A DNA stretch of 61,251 nt, the filler included, from Thelocarpon superellum (Eukaryota), in the NCBI GenBank assembly GCA_026025795.1. It is 3 parts of 3 records of this genome, joined end to end, with 100 filler letters (N's around TTAATTAATTAA, not from the genome) between each part and the next. Parts side by side here need not be neighbours in the genome. Positions count along the whole stretch, not along the records: positions 1 to 20,433 come from JAPEUG010000325.1; positions 20,534 to 40,851 come from JAPEUG010000327.1; 1 more part is not named here. One strand, written 5' to 3'. The notes beneath the pieces were generated by a model that was not told the origin of the DNA, made no database searches, and saw nothing but the letters and a program-made list of their open reading frames with translations. Every line of letters begins with the position of its first letter. The stretch's first letter is position 1. Positions 12,201 through 21,935 of this stretch are shown here, one piece after another. A program made the position numbers and the translations under genes.

Positions 12201-15200
12201 GCAGTGGCTGTCCATTTACCGCTATCTGAGCGATGCACTGGAGGCTAAGGTTATAGTCTCAGAAGACCGTGATGTGATGTCAGCAAGGCAGCAAGTCCAG
12301 TAAGTCGAGCGAAGTAAGTTGCCACCTCCTGGTCGATACTCATTCTCAGCAGCGCTGCATCTCGCCAGAGAGCCTTTCTTCTGCTTCGGAAAAGGGACGG
12401 AGAGTCTCTTGTGACGACTAATGAGTGCGTCTGGGACTCCCCTGTTCCACTACCTGGAAAGAACGTGTTGAAAAGCACGTACATGGTCCATGAGTTTATG
12501 CCTGACTTCCTGCGAAATGTACTGGAGATCCACGACGCCACATCAACCGAGGTTTGTCTCCAGTTGGCACAATCGAACAGGGGAGGTTGTTGCTCCCTAA
12601 AGCATGCCCAAAAGATCTACGCGTACATCCACTGTAGACTCAAACATGAGGACGTTGGGTACATATGGTAAGTCATCTGAAGAGGGGTGTGTCTAGAAGC
12701 TTACTCGTGGCTCCTCTAGCTCAACGTTCGAAGCAGCGAGCATGATATATGTGCCCATCCCTGAGGGATGGAAGTGGCTCAAGCCATCCGAATGTGTCTG
12801 GAGGACTGCCGACCATCTGACACATGTCACTCCTCTTGTCGGGCACTACTCGAACAACAAGAATGCCACGTATTTCATCAGGAATACGCTTGGTGTGGGG
12901 GATGCTGGCCTGAGGCACTACGTGGAAGAGTTACGCCTTCTTTCTATTAAACAGGATATGACTTCCATCGAAGTTAAGCACGTGTCTCAACTGTACACCG
13001 ACATTCAGCGCTTTGGCGTCAGCGATCAATCCTACCTCAGGTATGTTGAACCTTGTTTTGCTTGTTCCCACCTGCAGTCTAATGCCCGTAACTCTCTCTC
13101 AGGCAAATGTTCGGGGAGCACGCTTTGATATACATATCGGGACGGGCCGAGAACAGCTGGAGACGCCTTGCCGAATGTGTATGGCATGGAGCCCAGGCGC
13201 TCAAGTCGCGTGTCTCTCTCTCACGCCGCTACGCCATGTTTTCCGAACTTTTTCAAACATTTTTGGAGATCGAAAACGCCACTCCCAAGATGCTGCTTGA
13301 CGAGATCCAGGACATCTCTTGCACGAATGCTGAGCCATCTGCCGAACAGGTGAAGTCCGTTAAAGACTTGCTCATGGGTCTCAACGACTTTGCCAAGGAC
13401 TCCAAGCGGCCGGGCATGCCGGAGGGAGTCTGCGAATCTCTGAAGACTCAGAGGTGTTGGCCGTGTCAGCAAGGAACAGCTACCACCACCTTCGTCTCGC
13501 TCGATGCAAGATTCTTCATCAACGATCGTCGCGACATTGCCGCCTTGTTCCAAGGAACAATACCAATCCTTGACTGCACCGTTGAAGAAGTTGGTCAACT
13601 CGAGCATCTCCTCAAAATAATAAGTCTCGACGATCGCTACCTGTCCAAGACTGAGGGGACCAACGAATCCCTGGGCCCGAAATTCGTGGATGGGGAGCGG
13701 ACAGCGCGCTGGAAGATGAAGGCAGAAGCAATTGCTCGGTAAGATGCCTTCCCGTGGCTCAGCTTGATTCCTGAAGCTTATTCTCGTAGCTGTGCCCTCC
13801 ATCGAAGAGTTCGGCTCAGCCCCGAATACAAGATACGACTTCGGCAGAAGTTGCGATCCGTAACGGTGTTCACTGTGGATAGTATCCGGTATAGCTTTTT
13901 GATAAATTCGCAAGGGTTTAACATCCGCAAAGATGACAAAGGCTTTGTCAAGATGGACCTGGACGCCGAGAATCCCACCATTGAACTTCCACGCGACTCA
14001 GAAGATGCTGCAGTTGCGGTTGTCGACCATCTGCCGAAAGGCTTGATCGCTTTCCTCAAGATATTCAACCCTGCCGCCCAAGAAACACTCAAGACGATTA
14101 TCGCCCTCCCGACTCCTCGGACGGTTGAGGCTACTCTTGATAGGAATGGCATCGATCGACTTGCTGAATCTCCGACTGCTTCCGAGATTGACGATCCAGA
14201 AGAGGTGATGATTCCGGGTCGTTCGACTGAGGCTGTCGCAGAGCCTTCCCCTGATCGCCCAACACCTGACTTGCCTCGTCCGATGTCTTTTACACCAATG
14301 GCCAGTCTGGAGAGAGAGAATAGATCTCATTCTGGTTCTGCACTGAACGTTATCTCAAGGTCTCTATCGCAGATTCTAGATGCCCCACGTGAAGAGAGTC
14401 GAACGCCGACCCCATCTAGGGGGAGCATCGATTTGCAGCACATCTCAGCGCCTATATTTGCGGTCGGCTCAATCTCAGCAGCTCGAAAGGCAAGGGCACC
14501 TGCCGATCCAACCAGACAGGCTCCGCCACCAGTATCACCTCCACCTCCACCGCCGGCATCGCCCTCACCACCAAGAAGATCAGCATGGGAACTACCATCT
14601 CGCAACGAGATAGGAGAGGTCCTTGGGGACACGACGGCCCGCAGGGAACGGGTGGTCAATGCGGCGCGAGCATTCGACGTGGGCCAAGTCGAAGTGATAT
14701 CATCTTTGCAGGCCTTGCGTCCGACTTCCAGGCCTGCCCTGGCTGCTGCCTTCAACTTCTCGGAACTGGCTGCTGCCCTCCCTGAAACCCCTTTGATAGC
14801 CGTGAATACGATTCAGCCAGCGCGGACAACCGCGGAGAAGTCGGGGTTTGTCACGAACGAAGCAACTGTACCGTCTCCTCGAGGAAACACAAGTAGCCGC
14901 GGTTTCGCCCCAAGAACAGATAGACAGCGGGCTCGCGATTTCGGGATCGGATTCGAGGGGGAGTTGTTTGTGAGACTCCCGTTCAATTCCTGTTTGGCCA
15001 ACCATACTGATCTGTGATGCAGGTAGTGGAAGCACTACAGCAGCGATTCCCATACTTCAACAAAGAGCGGGATTGGACCAGCAAGCTACGCAGATACGAC
15101 CCGGAAATGAGTGAATATCGCCATGCCGAAATCACGGACATCACGTACGCAGACACCGACGGGCAGATGACGGCGTGGCTATACGAGCTCCAGACGAATG

Positions 15201-15804
15201 GGAGGCAGGAAGTGCCCACGTGGCTCCGAAGAGCAAGAGAGGTCAACTTCGACCCGTCGTTGTCCTGGCCGACGTTTTATCTCGAGGTGAAAAGCACCAC
15301 GGCCGCCTGCCAGACGCCGCTTTTCATCAGTCGCAATCAGTACCGGACGGTGAGTTTCTCTCCACCATCACGATCCCCAAGCGGCCGTGGCGTCCCCAGT
15401 ATCACCAAATTGACGAAATATGCCTGTAGATGGAACGCATGACCGTCGCCACACCTCCGTCCGGCGCCGGCAGCGAGACCGAGAACGAAGAAGCAACGAC
15501 CCCGAGAGAGATCTACGTCCTAGTGCGTGTCTACGAATCCCCCGGCACCGAGAAGAAGATAAGGCTCTATCTCGATCCCTGGGCGCTGCGGAATTCCTTG
15601 CTAGTGATAGAGCCCGTGGATTATTCCATTGTACCGCGGGATCTGACCGCTGCTGCTGCTTCCAGTGCCTCTGAGGCTGATGCTTCTCCTGTTGCTGATA
15701 CTTCTTTCGCTACCATCTCTACTGCTACTGCGAGCGCCTTGGTCGTGGACTTAAGCATGGACTTGGACGGGTTCGAGAGCGAAGGAGTAGACGAGGGAGA
15801 CTAG
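9248..15804 (+). CDS. Large (~2015 aa) sacsin/NOV-like GHKL ATPase with central tandem repeats and C-terminal DUF3883/NOV-C-like PD-(D/E)xK domain (10 exons)
   Basis: Exons 9248-9408, 9463-10282, 10339-11915, 11967-12299, 12350-12667, 12720-13040, 13103-13738, 13790-14969, 15023-15349 and 15430-15804; all GT-AG and frame-consistent, 6048 nt total. GHKL boxes 'HFILESIQNADDN', 'CNELGF', 'IGEKGIGFKSIF'; transducer-like 'FLPVRDIGLKFVVQADF'; C-terminal 'GFEGELFV...DITYAD...FYLEVKST...ISRNQY'. Confidence 0.88.
11967..13440 (+). repeat. Four diverged protein-level tandem repeats, one per phase-2/phase-2 exon
   Basis: CVW-x11-L-x3-Y with Cys codons at 12028, 12426, 12793 and 13176. Each is followed by (I/L)(G/E)(I/V)x(N/D)A: IGIKNA, LEIHDA, LGVGDA, LEIENA. 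Confidence 0.85.
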
Positions 15805-15884
15805 TGGGTGGATGGAGCCATTGTGTATGACACTCGTTTACCTCGTTCATGATATCCATGGCCTCCCCCTCGCATCACGTCACA

Positions 15885-17819
15885 TCAGATCTTGATCGCG
15901 CTAGGCACAGCAACGGTCAAGACGTCCAACCCGCCCTTCAAATCCTCCTTGGACGGCATCTTTGCGCGACGCATCAGCTCCGCAGAATGCGACATGACGG
16001 GATCTTTCTGCATCGTCGCCACAGCCACCACCGTCTCCCCGGCCGTGTAAAAGGCGGCGAACGAGCCGGATTCCAGTGACCCTTGAACCACCACGTCGTC
16101 CCATCCACCCGGCGTCGCGCCGCAGTATCGTAGCTGGCTGCCGAGCGCGGACCAGAAGATGGGGATGAACGGTTTGGGTTTGGGTTTCGCTTTTGCGTGA
16201 GTCGCGCTCGAACCCAACTGCACCGCCACGGCCCGCCCTGCGTTCTGCGCTACGTTCCAGTGCTCGATGCGCGCCGGCTTGCCGTTGCCGCCTGGGCCGT
16301 GGTAGGGGTATGTCGCGATGTCCCCGATGGCGAAGACGTCGCCGTGGAGGCCGGCGACGGCGAAGTTCTCGTCGGTCGTCAGCGACCCGTCCTTTTCGAG
16401 CCGGATGGCGGAGTTGTTCCGTAGGTACTCCGTGGCGGGGCCGACGCCGACGCCAAGAATGACCAGGTCGGCTGGGATGGTGGTCCCGTCTTTGAGGTGC
16501 ACGGCACCCACGACGCTGCCGTTTGCGCTGGACGCGCTGGCTTTGTCCACGCTCGCTTCCATGTAGAACTTCACTCCGTTCTTCTCCAGTGCGGTGCGGA
16601 AGACCTGGCCGACGCTCTCGCCCATGACGCGCTGCAGCGGGACCTTTTCCATCCCCACCACCGCCACCGTGTTCTCTTTGGCCAGCGCGTTGGCGACTTC
16701 CATGCCGATGAACGAGCTGCCAATCACCACGATGTTCTTCTTCTTCGACTCGCCGACGGCGCCCAGGATGGCTTGTACGTCGGGGATGGTGCGCAGCACA
16801 AACACGTTGCCGAGCTCCTTGAACCCAGGGAGCGGTAGTCGCTTGGGCGTTCCTCCTGACGCGAGCACCAGCTTCGTGTATGGGAAGGTGGTCCCGGACG
16901 CAGTGGAGACGCTCTTGGTGCCGAAGTCGACCTTGGTCACCTCGTCCGTCACCAGCTCGATCGATGCCGCCGCGTACCACTCTGCCGGGCGCAGGAGGAG
17001 CTTGGCCGCGTCCGCGATCAGCGCCTTGGAGAGCTTCGTGCGGTCGATGGCGGGATATGGCTCGCGGGAAATGACAGTCACGCGGCCTTTGTATCCGTTC
17101 TTGCGGAGTCCCTCGAGCAGGCCCGTTGCTCCGCTCCCGCTGTTGGAACGGTCAGTCGATTGCTCCACCGTATTCAACGTATCGAAGGAGACAAACCCTC
17201 CCACAACCACCACCTTCTCCGCGCCTTGTGCCTGACATGACACGTTGGATGAGCCACGGTTCGCTTTGATCGTCGCCTCGTCACCGCTGATGTAGATAGC
17301 TCCGTTCTTTTCCACGATCGGGAACTTGGCCAGTGGGTCGAGAGCCGGACTATCCTCGACGTCCCCACTAGCCACATTGAAGCACGCTGGAAGACGGATC
17401 AGTGCATGCATAGTCTCCGATTGAGAAAACACAGCCTCACCTCCATGCCACGGGCATGTCAAGCGGCCCTCGCCCGTCAAGATTCCCTTCACCAGGGGCG
17501 CACCATAATGGGTGCACTTGGGCGACAGGGCATGGACCTGCTCTCCGACCTTGACGACCAGCACCTTACCATCCTCGATGCCCTCGACCGCCACCTCACG
17601 CTTCTCGCCGTCTTCCAGACTCAGCGAGTCGAGCTTGAGCTTGTATTCCTGCGCCATCTTGCGGGAGCTGGTCCGGTACGTCGCGACCGGGAGAAAGTGA
17701 GGCACTGATGACGGATGATGCCAGGACGTCGACGTCGGAAGGAATTTAGGCGCCGCCGGATGACACCGGTGTTGGAAGCTGTAGAAGGCTCTGAGATTGA
17801 AAGCCTTGTAAAGGTGCAT
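15885..17819 (-). CDS. AIF-like Rieske [2Fe-2S] + FAD-dependent pyridine nucleotide-disulfide oxidoreductase (AIFM3/Aif1 type)
   Basis: Rieske 'CTHYGAPL...CPWHGACF'; FAD 'VVVVGGGSG' after removing intron 17196-17140; NAD 'VVIGSSFIGME'; 'FAIGDIA', 'RIEHWNVA', 'PIFWS'. Second intron 17440-17387. Alternative start at 17657 (MAQEY). Confidence 0.92.
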   Translation of the reverse strand: MHLYKAFNLRAFYSFQHRCHPAAPKFLPTSTSWHHPSSVPHFLPVATYRTSSRKMAQEYKLKLDSLSLEDGEKREVAVEGIEDGKVLVVKVGEQVHALSPKCTHYGAPLVKGILTGEGRLTCPWHGGEAVFSQSETMHALIRLPACFNVASGDVEDSPALDPLAKFPIVEKNGAIYISGDEATIKANRGSSNVSCQAQGAEKVVVVGGFVSFDTLNTVEQSTDRSNSGSGATGLLEGLRKNGYKGRVTVISREPYPAIDRTKLSKALIADAAKLLLRPAEWYAAASIELVTDEVTKVDFGTKSVSTASGTTFPYTKLVLASGGTPKRLPLPGFKELGNVFVLRTIPDVQAILGAVGESKKKNIVVIGSSFIGMEVANALAKENTVAVVGMEKVPLQRVMGESVGQVFRTALEKNGVKFYMEASVDKASASSANGSVVGAVHLKDGTTIPADLVILGVGVGPATEYLRNNSAIRLEKDGSLTTDENFAVAGLHGDVFAIGDIATYPYHGPGGNGKPARIEHWNVAQNAGRAVAVQLGSSATHAKAKPKPKPFIPIFWSALGSQLRYCGATPGGWDDVVVQGSLESGSFAAFYTAGETVVAVATMQKDPVMSHSAELMRRAKMPSKEDLKGGLDVLTVAVPSAIKI

Positions 17820-18093
17820 TAAATCTATAGGTTGAGGAGAAGAGTCTGTGAAGGACGGACGGCTGGCCCCGGGATTATTGTGAGGGGCCCCCAACATGCG
17901 GGATACGGGATACGGGATACGACTTGGCGACGGTGTCACGTCATCATCAACAATCGGATCGCTCCGATTGGTCTACTGAGGACGTGAACGCTTGATCGCT
18001 TAGGCCTGAAGACGGTTACTGAAAAAGGCCGTGCGAATGTCAGTCATGACTTCTGTATATTGATATACTTGTACAGGACATGAATGGGTAGGG

Positions 18094-20433
18094 TCAAGTG
18101 GAGCCATCATCTAGTGAGACACCCTCGCCCGAGACCGCCTCGATGATGCGCGGGTCTTGAAGCTCGGCAAAGTTCAGCTCAAGATGATAGTCATCCTCGG
18201 CGTCCCCCTCGGCTTCATCGTCGCTCGGCATCTCAAATTTGCTGTACACTCGCTCCCCCGTGTCTGCGTCGTAGTGCTTCGTTGACGTGGGCCGGTCGCG
18301 TCGGGCGAGCGTCATGCGAAGGGTGCCATCCACGACGTCGTCCACCACGGCGGTACGGTAGTCCGACACTTCTGGTTCCCAATTCGCTCCCATCAGAAGC
18401 TGCTTGAATGCCACGACGGTTCCCCGTTGTAGATCCGTCATGGTAGCAGTCGGATAGATGTTTGGATCTCCCGTCATCGTCGGTAGGTCTGGCACTTCTG
18501 GCTCCAGTGGGGCCGCGTCTTCGACGCCGCTAAACCCATGACCGTTTGACCCCTTTCGACTGCCGTTGGTATTCGCCGAGGATCCATGATCCGCATCGTC
18601 CTGATCCGACTGATCCACGCCATTGGAAGCCTTGCGCTTGCGCTTCTTGCTGGATCGGGTTGACTTGGATGGCCCGCGGTCCCAGCCTTGGACAAAGGGA
18701 AACGGAGGTGTGCTCATTTCCGCATGGTCCTCGTAGCATTCCACTGCCGAGAGAATGATCCGATCCTTCCACGACTCGTCGAGACCGGCGTCAGCAGATC
18801 CGTTGACAGGCCCGCCATGATCCTCTGGCCCAGATGAGATTGCCGCCGGGACCATGCGAGGAGTCACTTGCTTCGTCAGCCTGCGTCGCATCTCCTCCTC
18901 ATCCTCTTTGGTTTTGGGCGTCCTGAGACCCAGCGATCCGAAAAGCATCCGTCGCGAGCTCGCTAGGTCTAACTTGGTCCGGGCTCGCTTCGGCTGCGGT
19001 TCGGATTCGGGAGAATCGACCACCACGATGTCGGCAGCAGGTGCCTCAATCTCCGACAGTCCATTCGCCGGACGTTTGAGCGCAGCGTCGGATGGCGGTA
19101 GGCCATATGAGTCCACGTCACTCCCGCCAGACTGAATGGCCACCAGCAAGTCTTTCTTTTTGGCTGTCAAATCCTCCCCCTTGGAGAGCGCAGACTGGAC
19201 ATGACCCTCGGCGTGTTCGATGGTTGGCTCGGGAACAGATGGCTCGCCAGGGATCGATTGGCTCTGGCGTAGGTATTCCAGGAGTGCATCTTTATCCGCC
19301 GTTGGTGGGAGCGCTCCCATGGCCTTTAATCGCTTCAGCTTCCTGCTGTCTCGACGCCGCTGATTACGCGTCTTGGTTGCGGTCAGCCCCTCCCCTGGGG
19401 GCGCCTGTCTTTGCGAGGGTGGGGTTTTGCTGGTTGCAGGAGCTGCGCGCGGCGGAGACGGAAGCGGAACTTTGGCGGGACGTGGCGGCCGGACGCGGAT
19501 TGGGCGAATAGGTTCCAGAGAGGGCGGGTCGGAGGACTTGACGGACGAGTCGGAGGACGTGTCGTCGTCGTCATCCGAGGACGTGTCCTCGGACGATGAA
19601 GATTGGCCGTCATCCGAGTCCGAGTCATCACTTGTAGACTCCTTCCCGTCCTCTGAAGGCACAACATCATCGAATCGCAATACCTTTCCCTCGCGAATAG
19701 ACCTCTTCGGTGACGATCGCGTTCCATTCCTTGGTGGTCCCTGTGATGTTCGAGACCGTAGACGATACTTGGGTGAGGCCTTTCCCATATTTTCAGACGC
19801 CCTTGGTGAGTCTTCCACATCCTGACTCTCGGATCCACCATCCACGTCGTCGTCGAGGCCAAAGTCGTCATCGTCCTCGTCGTCCTCCGACGGGAAATCC
19901 TCGGCCGCGGAGGCGCCAGCGGTGAGGAGCATGGTCGAGCCATTGCCAAGCATGCGCTCATCATCTTCCCCGTCCGATCCCAAGTGCCTCTTTCTCTTTT
20001 TCGGCGGGATCTTGATTGCGGGCCGGTCCGGGGCGGGACGAAAGAAGGGTCGTCCGAATGGCACGCCGTCGATGAGCCGCCTCCCGTCCGCGGTGATTTG
20101 GTGCCGTCCAGAAAGGGTACGAGCGCGCACGTCAGATGTACGCAACGGCCGAATCCTACACAGCGTGGTCAGTCGGCGAGGGCATGTCGAGTTGGAGAGT
20201 ATTTGATTGGACGAACTCAACTTGATCACCGTCTCGCAAGATGGCGTCGACCTCATGATAATGCACACATTCGAAGCCCTCCACCTCAACCACGTAGTCT
20301 TCCAACCCCCATTCGCCCGCCTCGAGGGGAAATGTCTCGTTGACCTGTTCTAGAAGCTGGGCGACGGTGGTGGAGCGGGTGGTGGAGCGGTCATCTTGGT
20401 TGCCGGTGCTCTTGAGCTTCCAGAGCACACTGG
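18094..20433 (-). CDS. Coilin-like protein (5'-truncated by the segment end)
   Basis: N-terminal ubiquitin-like segment 'TVAQLLEQVNETFPLE..WGLEDYVVEVEGFECVHY...ILRDGDQV'; long S/D/K-rich disordered middle with NLS-like KKRKR; C-terminal 'GTVVAFKQLLMGANWEPEVSDYRTAVV' resembles the coilin Tudor-like motif. Intron near 20216-20156. Confidence 0.65.
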
Positions 20434-20533
20434 NNNNNNNNNNNNNNNNNNNNNNNNNNNNNNNNNNNNNNNNNNNNTTAATTAATTAANNNNNNNNNNN
20501 NNNNNNNNNNNNNNNNNNNNNNNNNNNNNNNNN
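20434..20533. other. Artificial contig-join spacer (44 N + TTAATTAATTAA + 44 N)
   Basis: The six-frame-stop linker at 20478-20489 is centred in Ns, and genes on both sides are cut mid-CDS. Confidence 0.97.
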
Positions 20534-21285
20534 TATCAGAGGCCGAAACGTATTATCCGTGAGGACATAGATGCCCTACCGACACCATATCCCACCATCA
20601 GCTTCTCCTGGCCCTACGGGTGGCTGGATGAATGGACACGACGAGGTCGCCGAAACTCACCCGGTGATTCGTCTTGAGATTGTCGACCTGTTTTCGAAAG
20701 ACCAAGGTCCACAGGTCCTTGCACAGGAACTTGATCACGTCCAGAGAGTCGGTAAAGCGTGGTCTCTCGCGCGTGAACCTGTGCTTGACGAGTCAGAAAC
20801 GTCCATCGTCCTCATCCCATTCCATTCTTCTCCACTCGATGCACTCGATGCACTTTGATCTGGAGATAGGAAACGAGGGGGGGAAGGGGGAAGGTCAACA
20901 CTCACCGCTCCGCTAGACCCTGGCCCACACGATACCCCAGCGCTTCGAGACGGAAAAACACAGCGTCGCGCGCCTCGTCATCCTCTAGCATCTTGACGAC
21001 GGTCTTGCTACCATCATTCTTCTCATTGTTCTTGATCGCGTCCCCGGCGGCACCACCACCGCCACTGCTGTTATTGGAGGTAGTGGTGGTCTCGGCGTCG
21101 ACGGCCACGCCCACGCCCACGCCCACGCCCACGCCGCCGTCCTTAGTCCGCGCCGCTACTTCATGCGCCAGTCGTTGTGCCATGGGCACCAGCTCGATCA
21201 GAAGCAGGTCGAGACATGAGGAGTTGAGGAAGGTGGCGTGGGGGTCGGACGCGTTGTACGGCGGAATCGGCGTGTCGAAGGACAT
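20534..21285 (-). CDS. TRS33: TRAPP complex subunit Trs33 / TRAPPC6 (3'-truncated)
   Basis: Spliced product 'LNSSCLDLLLIELV...RLEALGYRVGQGLAER|FTRERPRFTDSLDVIKFLCKDLWTLVFRKQVDNLKTNHR|GIYVLTDNTFRPL' runs into the spacer. Confidence 0.93.
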
Positions 21286-21935
21286 TGAAGAGGAGTCGCG
21301 GACGGGTGGCTATCGCAGGCCCATGGAAGGTAGTATGGAGGGATTGTGCGCGGGAGTGAAGCGGTGGCTGCAATGGGGGTCCTTGTGCCGCACGGGCACG
21401 GCGGGGTGAGGTGATCGATCTGACTTCGGTGTCGCTCGCCCGGGTCAAGGTACTCGTACATCCTGGGATCATGATTCCTACCCCTCCACCCGCTTCGACC
21501 CTAACCCTCCGTATCCCCATCTCACCGTATAGCTCTAACGGTACGGGAGCACTCCACACTCACCGAATAGAGCCCGTCCTTACCACTCGTCACTCCATTT
21601 CTCTGAAATACAACTCTATATTACAATTGATGGTCGAGAGATCCTCCAGCGTGCAATTGCCCTTGCCGTGACCCTTCCGTTAATGTGTTCGCGGCCTTCT
21701 GCCAAGTGGAGCTCCCAACGCCGGGCACATGCGTCCGACAGGGAAAACCGTCAAACCGTTGCCAACGCCTCTCTACCTCGCCAAGTCCACGCCATCTTCC
21801 ACGCCGTCGTTCATGTGGGCAATATACGATCAACGCTAAAGCGTCGAGAAATGTCAAATCCGGGCAAAGAGTTCGAATTCGAAAGTCTCCTTGGCCAGTA
21901 GCCATTGAGGCAAAGAGAATCGCGTGATCGTCCTC

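Noticed and set aside
9248..15804. Interpretation of the fragmented GHKL ORFs as a pseudogene or prokaryotic operon
   Set aside because: Every break coincides with a canonical GT-AG intron that restores the frame, giving one uninterrupted CDS.
20478..20489. Palindromic TTAATTAATTAA repeated at 40896-40907
   Set aside because: Synthetic six-frame stop linker inside N padding, not a biological site.
21498..21508. ACCCTAACCCT, resembling a telomerase RNA template for TTAGGG
   Set aside because: It lies in a 650-nt gap between TRS33 and SIZ1, much shorter than known filamentous-ascomycete telomerase RNAs, and no supporting structure was seen; an 11-mer can arise by chance.
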